DNA of 64,000 nucleotides, from positions 310,001-374,000 of the forward strand of contig NW_005434671.1 in NCBI RefSeq assembly GCF_000315625.1. The letters are read 5' to 3'. Of this stretch, positions 12,907 to 24,350 are shown one piece after another; within the stretch, counting starts at the first letter, position 1; each line of letters begins with the position of its first letter. The notes beneath the pieces were generated by a model. The model saw only the letters and a list, made by a program, of their open reading frames with translations. It searched no databases and was not told the origin of the DNA. This DNA comes from Guillardia theta CCMP2712. Taxonomy: Eukaryota > Protista > Cryptophyta. Both the position numbers and the translations under genes were made by a program.

Positions 12907-13715
12907 CGGAAAGGACCTATTGATCTTGGAGGGAGCAGAAAAGACGATCATGAGCTGTGCTTGCTCGATCCTGCCGTAATACGCCCAGCCGTTGTCCTCC
13001 CCCTCCGTCACCCCGTCGATGGTCATACTGGCATCGAACATGCTCTGACTGCTGCTGCCTCAGAGGAAGGAACCGAGACGAGACGAGACGAGACGAGACG
13101 AGAGGTAAGGAGAGGGGGGGAGAGGAGAGGGGAAGGGAGGAGAGGAGAGGAGAGGAGAGGAGAGAAGGAGAGGAGAGGAGAGGAGGAGAGGAGGAGAGGA
13201 AAGAACCAAGGAGAGGAGGGAGGGGTTAAGAGCGAACGGAAAGAGGACAAGAGACATAGATCAGACTTGCAACCACACCTGAAAGCAGCAACCACTCTCC
13301 CTCCGTGTGCAGCAAGAGCGACGTTGGACGTCATCTCATCCGACCATGGCACTGCGTCTCCTCTCAGCCCCGCACTCTCCTCCTCCCTGCTCACTCACCG
13401 TCTACTGAGTGCGAGGAGGACGAGACCAGCATCTCGTGAGCGTCGAAGTAGGCGAGGGTGATGGAATGCTTTCCCGGTAGAAGCTTCGGTAGAGGGAGGA
13501 CGCAGAAAGAGTCGAAGCACGCTCCCTGCGGTCACTCTTACTACTGACATCAACTCCTCTCCCTCTCCCATTCGCTCCTCTACAATCTCATCCCCTCCTC
13601 GCCCATTTTATCTCCATTCGTCTCTCATCCTCTCTTTCCTCCTCTTCTCCTTCCTGTTGTCCCTACAACAACCTCTGCTCGCCTCCAAACTTGTCCACTC
13701 CGTCGTCTCCTCCTG

Positions 13716-13760
<45 letters not shown>

Positions 13761-16700
13761 GTTCTGTTCCTGCTCCTGCTGCTCCCTCCTGTTCCAGCTC
13801 CTCCCCTCTCCCCTCCCCTCCCTCCCCTCCATCCAACCTGCGACACGTCATCCAGCAGCACTACCACATGATGGACGTTCTCCGCGCAGTACAGGCACCA
13901 TGAAAATCGAATCTCCCCCACTGCTCCCTGCGGCCAATCTCTCCTCATGACTAGCTGCGCTCCCTTGCCGCCCGCCTCCTCCTTGCCGGAATGGAGCAGG
14001 AAAAGCATGATCTCTCTTGAGAGCGAGACTGAGGACGAGGAGGAGGAGGAGGAGGACGAAGGAAGTAACTCAGGCATCAATATCTGTGCGCTCTTCACCG
14101 TATGCTCTTCCTTGATCGGGCAGATTGCGTTGAGCATGCTGTTGAGGATCGTTCGCGCGATCAGCCTGCCGTTGAGCTTGCACACTCCTGCTCTCCCGGC
14201 GTCTCCGAAGTTCTCTCTCCTTTCTCCCCACGCGCATGCGATCCCCACGTGGTTCCCGTCGAACGCCTCCGGGAGGGCAGCGGCAGCATGGAAGGAGTCA
14301 ACCACAAACACTCCGTTCCTCTTCATCTTCTCGGCCACCTTCCTTGCCCACCTCCTCGTCCTCCAGTCCGACAGCTGAACGTCCCGCTCTCCTTGCAGCA
14401 TCCCCTTCTTCCTCAGCGTGCGGGGGATCGGAGACAGCCACATCACTGCCACTCCCTTGGACTGCAGCAGGTGAGCGACGCGGATCAGAGGGTCAATGTC
14501 GAGCAGCAGCTGCGCTAGAGGCGTCAGGTGAACCACCATGTCCCATATGGAGAACCCGAGCACAACAAGATGCTGCTGGCTTGCTCCTGCTCCTGCTCCT
14601 CCTTCTGCGCGCGACTTCTCCACCTTCTCCAGCATGGCGAGCATCGCGAAGTAGATCTCGTAGATCTTGGTGCACCACACGAAGTCAAGGGATCCTCCTC
14701 CCTCCAGCCTCACGGAAGAGTTGGAGTGCTTCGTCTGCTCCCTTGCCACCGGCAGCTCCGGATCCCAGTCCCCCAGCACGCAACTTGCTGCCTCCACGAA
14801 GATGTCACGGCAGTTTGAGTCTCCTGCAAAGAGGATAGATCCTCCTCCTCCTCGCAAGCACCTGGAGCACTCTCTCTCGCTGAGCATCCTGCTCCCGCAT
14901 GCCCCTTCCTCCCATGCCCATCCTCCCTGCACCAGCGGACACTCGTCAACCATCGGATGTTCTGCTTCCTGCCATGCGAAGTCGTCTGCTCCTTTCTTCA
15001 CCCACGAGCCTTCCAGCAGCCCGTGTTCCACGTCGTTTTGAGTTTGCCACACGTTTTGCTCGTAACATGGCTTACGCTGAGAGAGATAGGGGGAGGAGGA
15101 GGAGGAGGAGAAAGAGGAGGAAGAGGAGGAGGAGGAGGAAGAAGAAGAGGATGGCACGAAGATTTGACCAAGAAACGATTCAGCACGCTGGAGCTCAGTG
15201 ACGATATCTCTCTAGGAAAGGAATGGAGTCAATAGAGGGCAAGCAAGAAGAAGAGGAGAAGAGGAAAGGGGAACGAGGACAGGGGAGAGGGGAGACAGGA
15301 GTGAGGAAAACATCACGAATGAATTCAAGGAGGGGTCTGAGCAGTGTGTAGGAGCAGAGACAATCAGAATCAGCAAGCAGGTAGCTATAGCCCGCGAGAG
15401 GTAGGAGAGAAGCAGCAACGGAGGAGCAACAGAGATATTACCTGCGATCCCATGTACCCCAGCACTTCTTCAGTGATATCCTTCTCCTCCTCCCCTGCAT
15501 CCGCCTGGGAGGTCGGGAGGTCATCCCATGCTGAAACAAGTTGAATGCCGTAGAGCTCGCCAGCAGGCAGGTCTAGCCGCACCAGCAGCTCGCACGTGCT
15601 CCTTCTCCTCACTCGCGCAGGGACGAGATGGGACTGGCCAGTAGCTCGAGCATAGATCCAGTCCGTCCTTCCTCCTGCCCTCGAGCAATTCTTGCGCGAA
15701 ACGAGGAAACTCAACCTCCCCTTCCCTGCTCCCTCCCCTCCCCCTCCCCTCGCAGGCTCCAGCTGCAGCTGCGAGATGCGATACTTGCTTGAGGAAGAGA
15801 GCTGGAGGACGGAGGAGAAGGGGGCAGAACTTGGCCCTGTCCTCTCCTCGACTTGTAGAGACACCAGGGTCCGCAACCAGGAGGGGATCAGGTAGAAGAT
15901 CGATTTCTCTGCTTGCCTGCAGAACATCCTGGCGACTCGATTGATCCACTGTCGCTTCCTCTGTTCCTCATCCTTGTATGCAACTCGGTCAAGAGATGAT
16001 GAGTCTGACTGGGCCGTTTCTGCCTGCCTGTCATGACAGGATGAAAAGTTCTCCTGGAACCACCACCGTCGCCCTCCAGCATGAGCAAGCACAACTTCCA
16101 CAGAGACGTTCGTCTCCTCCACAGAACACCCCGGGAACCAGAGGGTCACGTTGGCGTCCATCTCGGGGGAGGGGAAGAAGTCGTAACGGACTGAAAACGC
16201 TCCTTGAGCCAGCGAGATCTGAAACTGCTCCATGTCCTTGAGCCCCGAGACATCCAAAGACAAGAGGTTATGGGAAACTTTCATTCCAGCCCTCGTCTGC
16301 TCCATCAGCTGCGTGCTTGAAGAGCAGGAGGTGCGATTTACATCTGAGTTGTTAAGGGACAATTTCCGTATGTACAGATGATGGGCGGATAGTTCACAAG
16401 TTGCGAGGTTGTCGTGGAACATGACGGTGACCAGTTCGACCCTGTTGAGGCCAAACTTCAAACCATCCGATGACAGTGAGAGATTCCCTTCACAGGATCG
16501 CAGGAGCTCCTGGCCGTTGACCAGGACTATCCCACAAACGTCGAGCCCAGCATCTCCTGCTCTGTCGTCAGGCCTCGACCTGTCAAGTTTCCAATTCATC
16601 GTTATCGTCTCGTCGGGGAATGTCAATGTTCCATTGGCAGGGCTGATGATTGCGATTGCAACGTCTTCAGTCGGTTCTGGGCATCTTTCAAGGGGCAAGG

Positions 16701-18705
16701 GACGTGACAGCGAGCAGTCCAAGACAAGTCTTGCAACGTCCGACTTGCATCGTCCGACGTCAACGTGAGAATGTTTCAGGAACTTGTGAGAGTTGGCAAC
16801 GGCCCTCCTGGTCACCGAGTTGATCCAACGGGTAGCCGCCACGTCCACTGCCACTCCCTCCACCCACATCGCTCTAGCAAGCTCCCGGTCCTCCATCTCC
16901 TGCGGTACACTGACGATCATCCTCCCCGCGCACATTCTCCTCAAGCTGTGGGCCGTCGGCTGCATCTTCTCCCTCATCGCAGGAGCGAGGAAGGCAACGA
17001 ACACGTTGCCGCGAGGCAGCACGTCAAGGAGCTCCTCCAGACGCGATGCGCTGCCGCGAACGAACAAGGAGGAAGAGAGAAGCTCTGAAAGGTCCTCCTC
17101 GTCTACCCCCGTCACCTGCAGCCCTCTGCTGTGCATGTAGCAGGTGTAGTACCCTGTCCCCGGATTGACGTCCACTGTCGGGAGCCCGTTGTCGAACAGT
17201 CGCATCATCGCTTCTGCCAGGTGCGGGCACTCATCAAAGTATGGCTTTGACTGCGCGAGGATAGTTGAGGCGATCGGAAAAGAATTCTTGAAAGGCGCAG
17301 ACGACTCCAAGAACGCACAGTCTGTCATATTCGCCTCACCATCTTCCGAGGTGGAGGATGTAGAGGAGGAAGAGGAGGAAGAGGAGGAAGAGGAGGAAGA
17401 GGAGGAAGAGGAGGAAGAGGAGGTCAGGTTCATCCTCTTCCTCAGTCGCCAGAGGAATCTGTCGCGCAACCGAGTGTCCATCACCTCTGCAGCCTCCAGA
17501 ATGCGCATGTGCCCTCGGAGAGGGTCGAGCTTGTGGTCAGCGAGCGACTTGGTCCTGTAGTGGTTGTAGTACATGTCCTCCTCGTGCACGTCCAGGTGCC
17601 GAGCCATGTCGTCCTTGACATCAACAGCGTGGATGCTCGGGAGGTAGACGTAGTTCCCTCCGGGCTTGAACCAAACCTTGTGCTGCGGGTTGGTGGGCCA
17701 GGAGGTCGACAAGTTCCGCAGGATGTAGTTCTCGACCACAAGGCCCTGCGGCATCTCCTCGTGCCCAGAGGTCCCAAACATCATGGCAGAGAAGCGGAGG
17801 ACGACAAGGTCATGCTCGAAGTAGCTGAGCAGCCAGTCGATGGAGTCGCTGCGTACCGGAACAAGGAATTCATCCACGTCCATCAGCCCGAGCCAGCTCG
17901 TCAGGTGGCCGTAGCGATGCGTGCAGTGCGTGTGGGCCTCTCGTTGGGGGTAGCCCGGGAAGCTCCAGTTGTGCACTGTCACGATGCCTTCCTCAACGTA
18001 TCGGGCCAGTATCTCCCTCGTGTCATCCTTGCTCCCGTGATCGTACAGGAAGAAGTGGTTCACCCCGATCATGCGTGAGTACTCTATCCACTCCTCCAGG
18101 TACCTTGCCTCGTCCCGGATAATGCAGCAGAGTGAGGCAAACACCCGAGGAAGGGAAGGGACCCGGCACAGCGGCAGAGTCAGAGGATACACTTCCCTCC
18201 CGTCCTTGCCGCTGAACGAAACAGAAAACTCCAGGTCCTCCCCCACCAGACGAGAGAGAACGTCGTCAGGTAGAGCACAGTATGCCAGGTTGACGTTCTT
18301 CAGAGGGTCCATGACGAAATCCATTAACATCCAACTCTCCTTCTGACCACCTTTCCCCGCCATGGAGAAATTGCAGTAGCTGCCCTTGGGCTGCCCATCT
18401 TGCACCTGCCCTCTGTTGAAGTAGTAGGGGAAGAAGACAGAGTTTGCATACAGAAGAGGAGTGGTAGGAACCACCCACAGCTTCTCGTGCGGCCCAATGA
18501 GGAACACTCTCTTGAACGACACTGACACAACCACGTCGAACAGTATGATCTTCCCGTCAGCTGCATGGAGGACTTCTTTCAAGCAGGTGCTGCCTCGAGC
18601 ATGGCCGAGCATGCACATGAGTAGGAGCACAATCACCGTGCATTGGTGAGCTACCATCCTGAATGCGGCCTCTACCCAAGTGCCAAGAGTCGCATTCCCG
18701 CCCAT
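11879..18705 (-). CDS. Large secretory-pathway multidomain protein: GT92/DUF23-like glycosyltransferase + SAM-methyltransferase-like + Ig-like + SGNH/PC-esterase + discoidin (F5/8C)-like domain
   Basis: N-terminal hydrophobic leader. GT-A motifs SLCCIIRDEARYLEEWIEYSRMIGVNHFFLYDHGSKDDT and WLGLMDVDEFL. MTase-like VDVNPGTGYY...GLQVTGVD. Phase-0 GT-AG intron 15441-15212 joins ORF 15385..18705 in frame to ORF 13625..15157, which carries ILFAGDS...IWD...DGNH. Further exons give NVALAAHGG..FDASMTIDG..NGWAY..IVFSAPSKINR..FIEATAVK/LDVMAS..VLTEIAVYAL* (TGA 11879-11881). Confidence 0.75.
12805..12905. repeat. Compound (GAG)n(CAG)n microsatellite, intronic
   Basis: Directly visible run of GGA/GAG followed by about 22 CAG units. 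Confidence 0.95.
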
Positions 18706-19265
18706 CCCGATTTCGCAGACCTATGGCATCCCTGATTCATACTTGGTTCAATCTGGGATGAGGAAAACTTTGCGATGCAATCATGTCAGAATCAGATGAG
18801 GTCGGTGGGATGGGAGGGCCTCGCAACCTCAGACTCCCCTTGCCGATGGAGTTGTGTACACAAAACGAACCAACAACAGTCATGGGGGCGATCGATCAAA
18901 GCAGCACCTTCAAGCTGCTCGACCTCGACCCTTGCCATGCCAATCCTGTGCATGTCAATATGCAGCTACGGATCCCGCTCATGGCCATTCCCTGCTCTCA
19001 CCTCGCTCCTCTCCCCCTCCTGTCGTCCTACAACGGATCCCTCACCATGGATCAATCAATACTATCCCACCCCACCCTCTCTTTTATAACACTACCCCAT
19101 AAATTACGCAGAAAATACACCCTCTTTTTTCCAGAAAAATATGACCCCCTACCCCCCATTCTGTGACCATCAGTGCGACACATGGTTATGAGAGGGGATG
19201 AGGACACCCTGAAAGTCACAACGGCTTGTAACCACTTGTAACTGTGTAACGAAGGCGCGGATGCC

Positions 19266-22200
19266 ATGAAGGGGAGGAAACGGAGGGAGGAGGCGGTAGG
19301 AGGAGGGGTGGACGGGTGGGACGAGGACGAGGCTCTGGACGATGCAGATGCCGGGATGTCGATCCTTGGTACCCTTGTCTACGAGGAGGAGGGCGAGGCG
19401 AAGACGACCAAGGCGTACAAGAACCTGTTGAAGAACCCTGGGGAACAGGTATGTAGAGCCTGGTTGCTAGCACGCAGTACCACATCATGCGCTCCTTACA
19501 CTCTGTTGGTCGACGCCTCCATTATCGTGCAATGATTCCGAATCCCCTTGTGTCGTACTCTGCTGACTCCCTTCCAGCAGCAGGAAGTCGCGGACACCGA
19601 CCCGAAACGAAGATTCCATGGGGCGTTTACGGGAGGTTTTTCGGCCGGCTATTTCAACACGGTGGGGTCGAAAGAAGGATGGACTCCTTCCACGTTCGTG
19701 TCGTCGAGGTCCAACAGGGCCAAGTACAACCAGCAGAAGAAGGAAGACTTCATGGACGCCTCGGACCTGGCGGAGCAGGGCGATGGAAAGGATATACAGA
19801 CGACCGAAGAGTTTGCTGGGCTGGGAGGGAGATCAGCAAAGCTGCCAACCAACATCCTTGTGCCGGATGAGCTTCTAGAGCCGACAAACGACTCCATCGG
19901 GCTGAAGCTCCTCCGAATCATGGGGTGGAAGGATGGGCAGGGGGTGGGTCCGAGGAAGCGGAAGAACAGGACGGAGGACGAGGAGGAGAAAGGAGGGGAG
20001 AATGAAGATGTACAGATCAGTCAGACCTACAAGGACTTCAAGTTCGCCCCCAAGGACGTGCAGATCTTTGAAGCAGATGTGAAGGGAAATTTCTATGGTC
20101 TGGGTTTCGACCCTCTAGCCGCCACCCCAGAGTTTGCTGGGCTGCTGAATGCGGCGAGCGCCAACTCGAGCAAGGAAGAGCCTCCGAGCAATCGCGTTAT
20201 GCTGGGCTCGTTCCAGACGAAGAAGAAGCAGACTATGGACGAAGGGGCAGAAGGGATGGAGGAAGACGGTTGCTGCTATTCTGTTCGTTCTTGCGGAATG
20301 TTTGACGGGTTTGCAGATGGTGGTTGGAAGAGGGAGTACGACACGACGTTGGGAGAGGATGAGGGGGAGGATGAGGAGGAGGCCATGATGCATGCTATGC
20401 GACAGCCCAAGAAGAAAAGCAAGCAGGCGATGGAGAAGCCGAAGATCGCAATCCCTGCGTTCCAGTCGAAGGTGAGTCGAACTTGTCAGCGAGTATCCTG
20501 TTGCTGGAGTGTGTTTGCGAGGAGCTGACTTCGACCCTCCTCCTCCTCAGCTCGTCTGCTCAGATGGACGAAAGCCGATCCCTGGCTTCGAGCTCGCGAC
20601 GGATCCGCCGAAGGAGAAGAAGCGCTACGACCCCCCTAAGGTCACTTCAACCTGCTCGCTCGCCTCGCTCATGCGCTTGCCTAGATCCCTGAGGGCTTCA
20701 CGCCGCATCATGTCTGGCCGGAGCCGCTGAAGGGGATGGAGGACGCGCCCAAGACGGTGCCCAAGAGCTTTGAGGAGTGCAACAGCGAGCAGCTGTTCGC
20801 CCTCGCCAAGGGCAAGAGCTCGACCAAGGAGGAGGCGGTGCGGCACACTGCCAAATCGCGAGGAGAGATCCTTGGCGAGGCTCCACTTCCCTCCCGGAAG
20901 GAGGAGGATCTCCAGCAGACCTACGCACAGCGCGCAGCCTTCGCTATTGCGAGCAGCGCGATGAGCGAAGAGCACACGAGGAAAGTTCAGGCAATGCTCG
21001 GATCCAAGTTTGCGAGGTCAAGCGAGGCAGGAGAAGGAGGGGACAGCTCCTTCAAGCCCTTCAGCCATGACCCCGCCAAGCAAGCGAGATACGAGGCCTA
21101 CCTCAAGGTCTCCTCACCCGCTCCCTGTCGTTGTCTTGACGAGTTGAGGATGACGAGAACGACTGCGATCAGGATACTTGTCTTTTGACTTGACGTGGGA
21201 TGGGGTCGTTTGTTGCTTGATGTTTTGCTTGTTCGTGCTCGATACTCAATTCTCTGATGCTCATCTGTCGACTCATGTTTCATGCTTGTTCATGCATTCT
21301 TACCTGCTCTGCACAAACAGACTAGAGACCCTGCAGCTGCTGTTCTTGCAAGTCGAGCCGCAGGCTTGAAGCCTTGGGAAGTCGAGAGGGAGAGAGAAGA
21401 GTTCGAGAAATCTGCAGGTCTTCTTCTCATTATTGTCAAGAGCATTTTCCTTCTTGCTCTCCTTCTCTTCATCGTCCTCGTCATTTTCATCACAACTAAA
21501 CCTCCTTGTTCGCTCCTTGTAGTCGCTTCCATTTTTTTTCTCTGACACTCCGTCTGACTCTAATTCTGCTCTAGCCATGTTTGCTCGCCCTGCATACGGA
21601 GACGAGAAGAAGGAAGGAGCAGGAGACAAGCAGGCTCCTTCCTCAGCTCTCGCCTCCCGTTTTGCTGGTCAGAGGACGGCGGAGGACGGAGACTCTGCCT
21701 TCTCTGCAGCGCGAGCAGGCATGTACGGCAGGCTGACACGGACAAGAGTAGAATGGCGACCAGATAAGGTCGCGCTCCTGCCCCTTCCACTGCCCCGTGC
21801 TGCTCCCTCCTCCTCCTCCTCCTTCTCCCCCTCCTCCTCCCCCTCCTCCCCCTCCTCCTCCCCCTCCTCCCATGCTTCCGTCTCTCGGCTTTCCTTTACG
21901 TTTTTTTTTCCTTTCTTCTTTCGTTTCTACTCCATGCCCTCCACTCATTTTCTCACTCCTCTCCTCCTCGCTTCCTCCTCTCCTCTTTCCACCCTCCTCC
22001 CTTTTCTCTTGACATTCCGCTTGTTCCTTCACAGATGGTCTGCCGGCGATTTAACGTCCCTGATCCCTTCTTCGGTCGCCCTCAACCTCTTGGGGGAACC
22101 AAGGAATCTACATCAAGGTCCTCCTCCTGCTGTTGCTTGCCTTCCCCTCAGTCCTCCCTCTCCGTCGGCACTCCCACGAACTATTTTGTGGTCCTGCTTT

Positions 22201-24234
22201 CCCCTCCCTCGTCCTCCTGCTGTTCTCACAGGCCTCTTGCTTCTTCCTCCGTGACCTCTTTCCCGCTCGTTCAGGTTAGGAAATGCCATGGAAAAACTTG
22301 ACTTCTTGATCCCGGACGACGACGATGAGGACGATGAGGAGGAGGAGGGGAAAGAAGTTTCCAAGGACAGCAAGAAGGATGCGGAAGGAAAGAAGGAGGA
22401 GAAGAAGGAGGAAGAGAACAAGGTCGAACCGGCAACCGAGGCTCCGCTCACCTCTCGCCCTCCGGCCTCCGTCTTCAAGTCGATCTTCGATGACGACAGC
22501 GAGGACGAGGAGGACGAGGTGCCGGAGTCGGTGCAGCAAGGAACGGAAGAAGTCAAGGAGCAGGATGCTGCTGCCCCTTTGGCGGAGGAGGAGAAGATCA
22601 ACACGCTGGACGGCATGTTGGAATTCTTCGCGAGTCAGGCGGCGAAGGAGAAAGAAAAAGTAAGACCGCTGTTCTTTGCCCTCCTATCCCCTCCTCGTCC
22701 CCCACCTCCTTCTCCCCGCCCCGTTCCCTCTCCTTCCCCCAACTCCTTCTCCCCGCCCCGTTCCCTCTCCTTCCCCCGATTCCTTCTCCTCGCCCCGTTC
22801 CCTCTCCTTCCCCCGATGCCTTCTCCCCCCGCTCCTTCCCCCTCCTTTCCTCCACATCCCCTTCCTATCCTGTTTCTCTACATTGCCTGGACGACCTCGC
22901 TTCCTGCTAAAGAATCGGATGTGAACAGGACAAGCCGAAGGACGAGGCATCAAAGGGAGGAGGGAAGAATTACAGGAGGAGGAGATGGGACGTCACCCCG
23001 GCGCAGGCAGAGGAGCAAGCAAAAAGCACGGATAGAGGTGAGGGAGATGAGAGTTGGGAGAGAAGTGATGGAAGTTTGCAGAGGAGGAGAAGAAAATCGA
23101 GAAAGTTCAGAATCAAGAGCCTTCGAAACCTCGAGCAGCAGCAGATGCTAGGCAGCTCGCACACAAGGCAACCAGCGACAAGATAAGGCCATATGAAGAG
23201 GAGGTAGACCGGGAGGAGGAGGAGGAGGAGGAGGAGGAAGACATCCGAACGAACAATTCGGCGAATGCGATGGCCATGCTTGAGGACGAGACCTCGAAGA
23301 AGGAGAGCGTGAAGGTGAAGGAACAAGAGGGGAGTGCAGGAAGCAAGAAGGAGGCATCGGACAAGGAGGAGGAGGAAGCAGCTGCGGTTCCGATCAACCC
23401 CGCGTTTCAGATCGATCCCTCCTCCTCTGTCCCCTACAAGGTCCTTGACTTGAAGGCGATGAGGTGAATGTGGGAGAGGGTCTAGTGGGAGGCTGATGCG
23501 ACTTCAGGCAAGAGGAGGAGGACAAGGCGAAGGCGAAGGCGAAAGAGATGGAAGAGCAGGAGCAGGAGAAGGAGAAGGAGGAGGGGGCAAACGAGATTAG
23601 AGGTCGGAAGGACACTGCCGATGCGTTCGGAGAGATGATGGGAACGGACGACTACAAGGAAGGGATCGAACAAGCGAGGAAAAGAGCTATTGGGCAGAAT
23701 GCCAAGTTTCAGGTAGTGCTCATGACAAGGTTGATGCTGCTCACTGAAAGTCCTTGCTCCTTCCTTTCTCTGCCCTGCCCTTCCATCCTCCTCCTCCTCC
23801 TCCTCCTCCTCCTCCTCCTCCTCCTCCTCCTCATCTCTCTTCTTTCAACTTCTCCCTCCTCTGTTTCCAGAACCTCATGGATCTTCCGGACATTTCGGAT
23901 CTGCGAGGGAAGCTCAAGTCTCGTGCTCCTCAGCCCGTCACTCCTCCGGTCTCCGACAGCGACAGCGACTCCAGCAGCAGCTCCAACAAGAAGAGCAAGA
24001 AGAGCAAGAAGAGCAAGAAGAAGGTCAGGAGGAGGAAAGGAGGAGGATGGGCGGAGGGTGGGAGGAGTATGGGGGTTGGGAGCTGAGGAGTGAAGGAAGC
24101 AGAGGTCTGGGTAGAGACTGTTGAGGGGACGAGAGGTGGGGAGTTTGTGACATGAGCACGAGCAGGGGAAGAAAGACAAGAAAGACAAGAAGAAAGACGA
24201 CAAGAAGAGCAAGAGCAAGCACAAGAAACGCTGA
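19266..24234 (+). CDS. GPATCH1: G-patch domain-containing protein 1 (GPATCH1/TOUGH-like)
   Basis: DUF1604 signature RRFHGAFTGGFSAGYFNTVGSKEGWTPSTFVSSR. G-patch SIGLKLLRIMGWKDGQGVGPR. KPFSHDPAKQARYEAYL, LTRTRVEWRPDK/MVCRRFNVPDPF and RPPASVFKSIFDD. Lys/Ser-rich tail. Confidence 0.93.
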
Positions 24235-24350
24235 TCTCTGATCTATCAACAACTGACCTCAACATCGATACCTTCGCGTCCCTCATCCATTCCTACTCCT
24301 CCTTAACCTCCTCTTCCACTACCACACGAATCGCCCGATCCTCCTCGCTT

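Noticed and set aside
12700-13461. PolyE/polyQ ORF and many similar antisense or low-complexity ORFs in the track
   Set aside because: They are translations of intronic microsatellites or shadows of real genes on the other strand.
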